From contig MU058475.1 in the NCBI GenBank assembly GCA_013265495.1, positions 434,001-498,000 of the forward strand: a stretch of DNA of 64,000 nucleotides, written 5' to 3'. Position 1 is the first letter of the stretch; every line of letters starts with the position of its first letter. The position numbers and the translations under genes were made by a program. Below, piece by piece: positions 1 to 9,620 of this stretch. The DNA is from Vicugna vicugna (taxonomy: Eukaryota). The notes below the pieces were generated by a model that made no database searches, was not told the DNA's origin, and saw nothing but the letters and a program-made list of their open reading frames with translations.

Positions 1-585
1 TGCAGTATTTATGTTCAAGTAACCCTTATTTTACTTAATGATGTCTCCAAAGCACAAGAGTAGTGATGCTGACAATTTGGATATAAAGAAGAGAGAAGAG
101 AAGTCATAAAGTACTTCCTTGAAATGAAAAGGCAAAAGTTTACAACATAATAAGGAAAGAAAAACAATTGCATGCTGAGATTGCTAAGATCTATGGTAAG
201 AATTAGTCTTCTATCATGAAATTGTGAAGAAAAAAAAAAGAAATTCATGCTAGTTTTGCTGTCATACCTAAAACTGCAGAAGTAAACTGCCACAGTGCAT
301 GAAAACTGCTTAGTTAAAGGGAAAAGGCATTAAAGTTGTGTAAAAAGATATTTTTGAGATGGGGGAGACCACATTCACATAACTTTTAGTACATCATCTT
401 GTTATAATTGTTTTTATTATTAGTTACTGTTGTTAACCTCTTATTGTGCCTAATTTATAAGTTAAACTTTATTATAGGTAGGAGTATAAAAAAATGAGAT
501 ATATAAGGTTCAGTACTCTGCACAGTTTCAGGCATCTAATGGAGGTCTTGGAAATTCCCCTGTGGATAAAAGGGGAATGCTCTAT
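1..585 (+). mobile_element. Tigger7-derived MER44-like non-autonomous DNA transposon (truncated by the window start)
   Basis: ttcaagtaacccttattttacttaat...gctaagatctatggtaagaa and the terminal ggtcttggaaattcccctgtggataaaagggga resemble the remembered MER44/Tigger7 consensus and its TIR. Confidence 0.8.
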
Positions 586-1200
586 TTTTATTTCTCTTTT
601 GATTTCTTTTTCACCCATTGTCTATTCAAGAGTGTGCTGTTTAATTTGCACATATTACTGAATTTTCCAGTGTTCTTCCTATTACTAATTTGTACTTTCA
701 TACCTTTGAGGTTGAAAAAGATATTTGGTATGATTTCAATTTTCTTAAAATTTCTCAGACTTGTTTTGTGACCTAGCATGTGATCTAACCTGGGGAATGT
801 TTCATGTGCGCTTAAGAGGAGTGTTTCTGCTTCTGTTGGATGGAATGTTTTGTGTATGTCTGTTAGGTCAGTTTGATCTAAAGTATAGCTCAAGTTCAAT
901 AATTCTGTCTGAATTGTCTGTTCATTGTTGAATGTGAGTTATTGAGGTCTCCTGCTGTAACTGTATTATTTTCTCCTTCTCCCTTCATACCTGTTATTAT
1001 TTGCTTAGTATTTTTAGGTATTCTGATGTTGACTGCATATATATTTATAATTGTTATATCCTTTTGATGGATTGACTACTTTATCATCATATAATGACCT
1101 TGTCTATCTCTTGTTACAGTTTCTGACTAATAGTCTCTTTTGTATAATATAGTATAGATACCCTTGGCTCTCTTTTGGTTCCATTTGCATGCAATATTTC
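586..1200 (-). mobile_element. LINE-1 ORF2 endonuclease-region fragment
   Basis: ORF 588..899(-) LDQTDLTDIHKTFHPT...SAHETFPRLDHMLGHKTSLRNFKKIEII is typical of the L1 endonuclease. Confidence 0.9.
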
Positions 1201-1209
1201 CGCACCCTT

Positions 1210-1550
1210 TTGCTTTGTTTATTTTTTTAATTGAAGTATAGTTGATTGACAACGTTGTGTTAGCTTTTGTGTACAGCATAGTGATTTAGTTTTATATATA
1301 TATTTTTTTCATCATTACCAGTTATTACAAGCTATTGAATATAGGTCCCTGTGCTATACAGAAGGACCTTGCTGTTTCTATTCTGTTTATAGTAGTTTGT
1401 ATAGTTTGTATCTGCTGATTCCAAACTCCTAATTTATCCCTCCCCATCCTTTCCCCTTTGGTAATCATAAGTTTATTTTGTATGTCTATGAGTTTGTTTT
1501 TTTGAAAATAAGTTCATTTGTGCCATTTGTTTTAGATTCCACATATAAGT
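1210..1550 (-). mobile_element. L1 3' end (artiodactyl type), interrupted by a solo LTR
   Basis: tttaattgaagtatagttgat...tccctgtgctataca...ttagattccacatataagt; the sequence resumes as gatat after 2054. Confidence 0.85.
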
Positions 1551-2050
1551 TGTGAACAAAAAATACTGCAAACCCTACCAGTGAACAAAGAATGCTGAAG
1601 CCATCAAGTCATCAGCCGTTTCCATGACCTCCCCCCCCCCCCCCCCCAGTGAAGACAGGCCTGCAGCCCGGCCTCTGCAGCCACTCACATGGTGCACCCT
1701 GAGGGGACACAGAATAAGAAAGGACAGGACACTGGCCTTAGATAGCTAGGTGTTTGTCAAGGAATGATTTCAATGAGCCCAAACATTTGCTCCCTCCCAT
1801 ACATAAAAAAGTTCTAAATACTTTAACTTGAGATGTCTGGTTTTCTTCAGTTAACAAGTAATCTTTTAATGTTCCAACTACGTGTTCTTTGTTGTAAAAC
1901 TCCTATATATCCTGGCTCCTCCCCTACCTCTTCAGAGCAGTCCCTCAGAGTGATCTGAGAGGCTGTCATCCCAGACTCCAGTCTTCAGAAATGTCTGCTA
2001 AATAAAACACAGCTCTCAACTTTTAGGCTATGCATTTATTTCAGTCAACA
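1551..2050 (+). mobile_element. Solo ERV LTR, 500 bp, 4-bp TSD (ERV1-like)
   Basis: TG...CA termini, TSD aagt at 1547-1550 and 2051-2054, TATA-like tatatat near 1904, AATAAA at 2001. Confidence 0.9.
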
Positions 2051-2074
2051 AAGTGATATTTGTATATGATATTT

Positions 2075-3150
2075 ATCTATATAGAGCAACTCAATTATAA
2101 AATTTAATTGTACAAAGCTGATGTAGATTAAGAAATAATTCAGCAGGTCAGTATGAATTTTCTCTCTTTATTGGCCATCATTAATCAGATATTGGAAATA
2201 GTTAAACATTTTAAGAATTAATTTGTAAGTTCATCTAAATGTTTGGCAATGATACTGAAGTCTTCTGTAAGTCTCTAAATTTGAGATTCTTTTTTTTTTT
2301 CAAAATCACTTGGAAATCTTTACTCCCAGAAATCAATGCACAGAGCACCAAAAACTTCTTTTAGAGCTTTTGATATTTTCATAAAATTGCATTTAATCAA
2401 AAGAAGACTTGCAAAAAGGAAGACAATAAATCTATCTCCCCAGAAACAATGGAGGCTTTAAATAAATTAAATGATAAGAACTCAAACAAGAAATGAGATT
2501 TGCTTGAGTTTCAGAATATTTGGAGCCTTTTCATGGAGCTCTTATTTTTAACTAGATAATTTTCATTTTACTGGAACGGAATGAAACTGAGAAAGGCTAT
2601 GATTTCTGTAGCAACTAAATTTGGCAAAACGTAGAAGAATCATAGCAGAGGTAACTTACTTGGCAAATCTGGTCTTGGAAAAACGTTGTCAAAGAAAGTC
2701 ACTCCAAATAGAGGCAGAAAAAGCACCTGTGTGAATATTTGGCTGATGTATTTACATATTCAATGCAAAAGGGATTAGAATTGAAAATATTCTCCATTTA
2801 GCAGAAAATGATCTGAGCTTACCAAGGACATAAGCAGCTGTACCGAGTATTTTCTTAATTAAAAATCTTACTGTCTGTAGAAAAGTGTCAATGAGAGATG
2901 TCAATATTTAGAATTAATTGACCTTCAAATACAAGTTTAAAGAGGTGGGGAGGGCATAGCTCAGTGGCAGAGCACATGCTTAGCATGCACGAGGTCCTGA
3001 GTTCAATCCCCAGTACTTCTACTAAAAAAAAAAAAATACAAGTTTACAGATCGTAGGCAATATTGCAGAAAGATTTAAAATAATAAGACCACACTAAAAA
3101 AAAAACGAAGAATCTTCAGAAAAGTAAGTGACGCAGATAGATGCCGTTAA
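2075..3150 (+). mobile_element. Probable ancient hAT transposase fossil (Blackjack-like)
   Basis: AT-rich decayed coding-like stretch; ctgagcttacca...gcagctgta...gtattttct (about 2813-2853) resembles the hAT C-terminal motif LSLPxTSAxVERVFS. Confidence 0.45.
2940..3035 (+). mobile_element. tRNA-derived SINE, camelid Vic-1-like (short form)
   Basis: A box tagctcagtgg, B box gttcaatccc, poly(A) tail, 13-bp TSD aaatacaagttta (2927-2939 / 3034-3046). Confidence 0.9.
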
Positions 3151-3799
3151 GAAACTGATTAAAGCGGGTGAATATGTGCCAAGGATAATTATTCTGCTTC
3201 CATGATTCTTAACGTTCAAATCAGCATAGAGAAATTCTTTTAAATTTTTTCTTCAATGTACATTTTTATTTTTCAAGAAGTTTTTTTTTAAAGAAGAGTT
3301 TTCTTATACAAGCATTTTTGAAATAGAACTGTATTGTATATCCATCAATGTAAGAAACCAATTTTCAGTTAATAATTTTCATCATTACAATATACTCTCA
3401 GAATTGTATTGAGTTAGCAGATAAATTACACCGTTGCATATCCACACGCCTCTGATGCTTCCTACTGCATTTTCCATCCTCAGGCTGTGGGAACCTGAGC
3501 TCAGTCCGCGCTCCTGACCTCCCTCCGCATTCACATCTTGCTTTACAGACGTTTCAGGGATAGACTTGTTTATGCATGCTTGTATCAGAATATAGCTTTA
3601 CACCTTTTTTTCCCCTTGTTACTCTCTAGGGTGCAGGAATTGGATAAATTCATATCACCCACTCTTCCATTCATTCAAAGATCGCTCTCCCACGGTTCAG
3701 GTGCTAAGGGTTTTCCTAGTGTCCTGAAGTGTGCAGTTCCCCAGCAGAGTGCAGGACAAGTCAGTCTGGCAAGGATCCCCAGATCACTTACTGACAGGA

Positions 3800-3814
3800 G
3801 AGAAAGGAAAGAAA

Positions 3815-3878
<64 letters not shown>

Positions 3879-3888
3879 AAAAAAGAAA
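3800..3888 (+). repeat. (GAAA)n microsatellite running into the assembly gap
   Basis: Read directly from sequence; (GGAAAA)n-type repeat continues at 4210-4255. Confidence 0.97.
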
Positions 3889-4209
3889 NNNNNNNNNNNN
3901 NNNNNNNNNNNNNNNNNNNNNNNNNNNNNNNNNNNNNNNNNNNNNNNNNNNNNNNNNNNNNNNNNNNNNNNNNNNNNNNNNNNNNNNNNNNNNNNNNNNN
4001 NNNNNNNNNNNNNNNNNNNNNNNNNNNNNNNNNNNNNNNNNNNNNNNNNNNNNNNNNNNNNNNNNNNNNNNNNNNNNNNNNNNNNNNNNNNNNNNNNNNN
4101 NNNNNNNNNNNNNNNNNNNNNNNNNNNNNNNNNNNNNNNNNNNNNNNNNNNNNNNNNNNNNNNNNNNNNNNNNNNNNNNNNNNNNNNNNNNNNNNNNNNN
4201 NNNNNNNNN
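3889..4209. other. Assembly gap (321 N)
   Basis: Run of N. Confidence 1.
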
Positions 4210-4253
4210 AAAAGGAAAAGGAAAAGGAAAAGGAAAAGAAAGAAAAAGAAAAA

Positions 4254-4365
4254 GAATGCAGTGCTTAGCATGCCGGAGGTCCTGTGTTCAATTCTTGGTA
4301 CCTCCATTAAAAATAACACTAAATAAATAAACAAACCTAATTACCTCCAACCACCCCCCAAAATT
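4254..4365 (+). mobile_element. Vic-1-like SINE, 5' part missing
   Basis: tgcttagcatgccggaggtcctgtgttcaatt...aaacctaattacctcc tail shared with the other copies. Confidence 0.8.
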
Positions 4366-5544
4366 TTTTTGAAAACAAAAAGTTCAGATAGACCCTCACC
4401 CACCTTTTCCCCAGGGTCACAGAAGTGGCATCTCGCTGGCCCAGCTCCTGGATCCCTGGAGTGTTGCCCCACACAGGCATGCCCTCCTCTGTCACTCCCT
4501 CACCTTCCCCTCACTGTCCCTGGGGTCACCACTAGCAAGGTCCCTTGTGCCCCACTGCCCAAACTCCATGCTTGCTTCTTCAGCCAGCAGCACAGTGTCA
4601 CCCCTGCATGCGGAGAAGCCAGAGTCTCGGTCGCAGCATCATTCCGTCCACTTCTGCCCTCGGGTTGGCGGATTTCTCGCAAGCCTGCGGTTGGAGCTCT
4701 CACAGCCCTGGGGCTGTGCAGCAGACATGGGGACACACTCCCCATTCCACTGCAAGGAATTTTTATCCTCTGCTCTAACCGAGTCCCCAATAATGTCCAT
4801 CCCCACCCCTCCCCACCCTCACCAGACAGCCATCTAGTAGCCCTCCTCCTCCCTGCCCTCCTGGACTCGCAGCTGCCCAGGACCCCAAAACTCAGGTCTT
4901 CCCCTTCTCCTCCCCAGCGGCCTGGGTGGCTGTTTGACAAGCTGGCTTTGGTTCCCGGTCCCCTGTTTTTTAAAGGCTGTGCTCTGCTGGTCAGTATCAT
5001 AATGCGACACATATTAAAAAAAATTATGCAACGCTAGCTACAAAAAAAATTAATTAAATGCATCAAAGCCTGTGTTAAGAATTTTAAAAGAAAAGGAAAA
5101 GAAATAGAACAGACAACAAAGACCAGTAGACCTACCCCTGAGAAATTCCTGCACCAGAAGAGAGACAGAGAGACAGGGGCCCTCTCCCGCTGGGTGGACG
5201 GGCCCCACAGCCCCTGAAGTGAGAACGCGTTTGGGAGGCATATTTGCCGTGTCTGCAGTGAGGCTTGGGGTGCAAGTGGGAGCTTACAGCTTCCTTCCTG
5301 CAGCTCCCTGGGCACCTCGGGAACCTCAGCCCAGGGCGGGACCCCTGTTCTTGCTTACACGTTTTCTGATTTCTGTACCACAGACATGTTACCTGAAATT
5401 CTTTTCAGTTATTTTTGAAGGTGAACTTCCTCTTGATTTTATTTATCACGTACTTAAATGACTCATTATATTCCCAGCCCCACCCCAAGCACATTTCACT
5501 TATTAACTGGCTCTTCAGAGCGGCACTCTTCAGAAGCTACGTTA

Positions 5545-5645
5545 TTACTATTACCCCCCTTTTCAGATGAGAAAAATGAGGCACAGAGAGAGTAAGTGAC
5601 TTGCCCAAGGTCACACAGCTAGTAAGTGGCAGAGCCAGAATAGGG
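5545..5645 (-). mobile_element. MIR SINE fragment
   Basis: cagatgagaaaaatgaggcacagagagagtaagtgacttgcccaaggtcacacagctagtaagtggcagagc, the MIR core. Confidence 0.9.
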
Positions 5646-7521
5646 ATCGGGGAGGGGGGGAGGGTCTGGTGCCAGAGTCCTTGCTCAGCAAAAATGATGG
5701 CAAAGTGAACTACTGTTGGGTGTAGGCGTGTTCAGTCACGATCTGGGAGGGCTGATGGTGAGAAAAGTCATGTGATGGAAAAGAAGGGAGAGGAAAAAGA
5801 GAAAGGCATAACAGCAGGAGACATGGATGCAGCCACGTCTCAAAATCTTCCCTTCTATCTGGCAGTTGTTTATAATCACGCACTACTCCTGAGAACCTTT
5901 ATGATTAGGCTCTGGGAGAACTGCTGGGTTCACAGCTGCAAAGCCCCGCTTGCTGTCTAGAAAATGCTCTGTGTCTCTGTCCACCTTGGCACGAGCGATG
6001 AAGCCAGAGGCGTGTCCTTCTTTAATTCTTCCCAGGAGAATGATATCTGGGTGCCGTAAAAGTCACCTCTTGTGCCCCGCTGGGAGAGGAACTGGGGACC
6101 CCACTAATATCGCCGAGAACAAATTTCTCGTGCCTCTGTCTGCACCCAGCATCTCTCACGCCTGCCGTGTTCCTCCCTCTCCCACCTAGAGTTACTACAG
6201 GACATGAGCCACTGATTCTTTTCCAGAAGGAAATGAAAGTAATAATTATTTTTTCATTTTCACTCACCAAAGGAAGGGGTTGTCTAAGGACCAAAGGAAG
6301 GCATCTGCAATGCTTTTGGCAACACCTTCATCGAGATGCACTTTTTTGTTGTTAGCAAGCTAGTGGTTTTTTTCTGGAGCTTTTCTTCCTTTGTCCCTGC
6401 CGACTTCCATTTATTTTCCATTTATTTCTTTTTATTCTTTGCTGTATCATAGCTGAGTTTGGGGACTTAGGTTATTCACATATATTTAAAAATCAATATG
6501 TGGTTTTCTTCTCTAAACAATATCAAAAAATAGACTTTTCTTTTGGCAAGAGGTAAAGATGTGATGTATTACTAGAACTTGCTAAGCTACATGTATCTGA
6601 CCAGAAAGGGTGCCATCTATGGTGTTCTAGATTAATAACTTGTCTCAAGTGGAATGCATCGCTTTTGATAAATTAATGATCCTGTTTGTCAGATTAAGTT
6701 ACCATCTTGAGCTCACAGAAAAGCAGGTTTATCCAAATGTCTCCAGCATTCTTCGTAGTTCTTAGAAACAAACAATTTCCTTTGCCTTTTTGTAGAAGAA
6801 AAAGCAAATTCATAGAACAAGCCATAGACAGCTCTGACTTTCTGAATCCTAACAGCCCTCACACTTAAGAAGAACAGAGTGGCCCTGGTGGTTTTGGACA
6901 CAGGCTGGGTAATGATGGCGAGCATCTGGGATTGGCGGGAATGCTCTGGGATGCTATTAGCAGGTACGGTTGGGGGGCCCCTCCTGCTTCCAAGCCAAAT
7001 CCCCAGGAGGAGAGGGAAAAAGAAGAGGCGAGGACAAGGGAGATGGAACCACGATAGCCTTCATCAGACAAACGCTCCGTGACCCTCGGGGTTAGCTCAG
7101 CATTGGAAGGTGGCTCTGGTGAGGCTGCCTGACACCTTGTCATGTTGGAGAACGGGACAGCAAACACATGCCCAAGCAGACAGCACCTTTACTGTCACAG
7201 AACTGCTGTGACTGCCACCACCGTCCCCCAACCCTCCCCCTCAAATATCCCCACAACCCAGAAACCCAAAAGCATAAAGACCCATGGAGGAGAGCCCCTG
7301 GCCTCTCTGGAAGGCAGGCTTAACTTAGAGAGAGGGGTTATGCATACGTACTCAGGAAAGCCAGGGTGGCTAGAGGTAATTAAGTGTCCATTTAATTCCA
7401 TAAGAAAACATTTTATGGGGCCCCTGTTATGTGCGAGGCAGTTGGCGGTCCAGGTGACCTGGGTGAGCAACTCAGATGTGTGTGCCCTCAAGAGGACCAC
7501 AGTCACTGCAGTGGGGGGGGG

Positions 7522-8202
7522 GGCAGTTACTGGCACCCTGTTTGTCTGCACTCTCCCTTCCCCACTGAAGCGGGGCAGTGTGGTCCAGGCAGCACCCATC
7601 CGAGTCTCCTTGAGATTTCAGAGTCTGGTGTAAGGGAGGTTTTTCTCCCTTCTGACCCACAGAATGAGACTAAAGGTGGAGCTGCCAGGGGCGGCTTTCC
7701 CAGCGCCTGAGCATCCGCGTCACGTAAAGCCCAGAGGAGCGTCGGGGTAAATGAGAGGGAGGGAGCGAGAGCGGGAGAGCCTGTCATGGCCTCGGATCAA
7801 GCCTTTCCAAGCCTGTCTGCACCTTCCAGGTTGCTGGTTACTTGAGCCAGTTGGAGTGGCGAGGCAGTTACTGGCACCCTGTTTGTCTGCACTCTCCCTT
7901 CCCCACTGAAGCGGGGCAGTGTGGTCCAGGCAGCACCCATCCGAGTCTCCTTGAGATTTCAGAGTCTGGTGTAAGGGAGGTTTTTCTCCCTTCTGACCCA
8001 CAGAATGAGACTAAAGGTGGAGCTGCCAGGGGCGGCTTTCCCAGCGCCTGAGCATCCGCGTCACGTAAAGCCCAGAGGAGCGTCGGGGTAAATGAGAGGG
8101 AGGGAGCGAGAGCGGGAGAGCCTGTCATGGCCTCGGATCAAGCCTTTCCAAGCCTGTCTGCACCTTCCAGGTTGCTGGTTACTTGAGCCAGTTGGAGTGG
8201 CG
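7522..8202. repeat. Tandem duplication, 2 x 340 bp (7522-7861, 7863-8202)
   Basis: Period 341, no mismatch seen; identical peptides recur in the ORF track (7527..7787 and 7868..8128). Confidence 0.95.
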
Positions 8203-9030
8203 TTTCTAAACGTGTCATCAGCTGAGCCCTGGCTCTTGTCGTTCCCGCAGGTGAAGAGGAGGAGGAGACCACTGTGGACCCCGCGGGCTCCCAGGGGAGT
8301 GGAGCGCCTGAGAGGGACCCTGGGCTCCCCGGGAAAGAGACGGGCAGCGGCGGGCCTTGCCTGCAGGGAGAGGCCAGGCAACGGGAGCAGCAGAGCAGTG
8401 AGCTCAGCAAAGAAAGACTAGAACCAGGGACCAGCCCCCCCAAACCCCACGCCGAGACAGCAGTGCCTCAGTGCTGACTCCCACCGTGAGCATTCCCACC
8501 CCGCGCTTTTACCTCCAGATACTTCTGATTTTCCATGAACTCAGATGTAAGCTCTGACTCACCCTCTGGGATTCTGGCGACAAATCTGGCTGGGGCTGTG
8601 AACACGCGGAGCGAAGCCCCACTGTCAGCTCCATCAGAAAAGCACGCTGGCAGTTTCACTGAATTGACCTTTTGGTGATATGGCAAAGTTAATTATTGCT
8701 ACGGACAATCCAATTACGCATATTGACACAGCCTATAATGAACTCTATTGTCTGTAGGGAGGTAGAATTTCAAATAAGTTACTTAACATTTCTCAGCTTC
8801 ACTTTTTTTTTCTAGATCTGGAGGAGCAAGTGGAAAATATCTGACACAATCAGAAAAGTGTAGAAGGATGTCCCTTGCAGCACTTTGAATGATAGCAGAA
8901 CACTGTTAAATACACATCAAAAGGGTTAATGGTGCATTCAGATACAGCGTTGAAAAAGATATAGTCCTTATACAGGTTGGGAAGTTGGCCTTGACATATT
9001 TGTGAAAAGGGAATAAAACCAGGTTACATG

Positions 9031-9330
9031 GTCAATCTTACGGTTACCGGGGAAAGGGGCTGGGAAGAGATAAATTTGGGAGTTTGAGATTTACAAAGGT
9101 TAGCCACTATATATAAAAATAGATTTTTTAAAAAAGTTTCTTCTGTATAGCACAAGGAACAATGTTCAATATCTTGTAATAACCTTTAACAAAAAAATAT
9201 GAAAACAAATATATGTATGTGTATGCATGACTGGGGCATTGTGCTGTGCACCAGAGATTGACACATTGTAATTGACTGTAATACAATTTAAAAAAAAAGA
9301 AAGAAAGAAAGCAGGAAAAGAGAAAAAAAA
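9031..9330 (+). mobile_element. 5'-truncated lineage-specific L1 3' end with A-rich tail
   Basis: ctgtatagcacaaggaac...ttgacacattgtaattgactgta; TSD aaaaccaggttacatg / aaaactagattacatg. Confidence 0.85.
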
Positions 9331-9445
9331 ACTAGATTACATGACAACCAGTCCACCAGGGGCCTATTTTATATGCATATTTATATGTATATGTTTATAA
9401 ATGCATAGAAGGATTCATCCACTTGTTAATGAGTTATCTCAATGA

Positions 9446-9620
9446 GGGGACAGAGTATAGCTCAGTGGTAAAGTGTGTGCTTAACATGCATGAGGTCCTA
9501 GGTTCAATCCCCAGTACCTCCATTAAAGATAAATAAATAAATGAACCTAATTATTTCTCCCCCAAAAATAAACAAACAAAAAAAGAATTTAAAAAAATTT
9601 TTTAACTTAAAAAAAAAAAG
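9446..9620 (+). mobile_element. Vic-1-like SINE
   Basis: gtatagctcagtggtaaag...ggttcaatccccagtacctcc...aacctaatta. Confidence 0.9.

Larger units (their letters stand above)
3630..8477 (+). pseudogene. Putative decayed multi-exon gene; exons 3630-3700, 5384-5420, 6796-7375, 8251-about 8477
   Basis: Pyrimidine-tract AG acceptors and GT donors. The first three exons join in phase to read VQELDKFISPTLPFIQRSLSHGS-DMLPEILFSYF*R-RKSKFIEQAIDSSDFLNPNSPHT*EEQ...; stops at 5416, 6866, 7055, 7130. Confidence 0.55.

Noticed and set aside
2945..3020. tRNA gene-like A and B boxes (also in the other SINE copies)
   Set aside because: Poly(A) tails, TSDs, CpG decay and no intact acceptor stem indicate SINE heads, not tRNA genes
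3538..4334. Long ORFs (262, 219 and 199 aa) with K/E/R or F/L/S runs
   Set aside because: They run through a (GAAA)n microsatellite and 321 N; only 3630-3700 looks exon-like
4369..5037. 222-aa plus-strand ORF
   Set aside because: TTG start next to a SINE tail, Pro/Ser-rich from C-rich DNA, and it lies in a putative intron
3630..7375. Naming the plus-strand fossil gene (a vague resemblance to WD-repeat testis protein C-termini was considered)
   Set aside because: Similarity is too weak to support from memory and no neighbouring gene confirms synteny, so it is left unnamed
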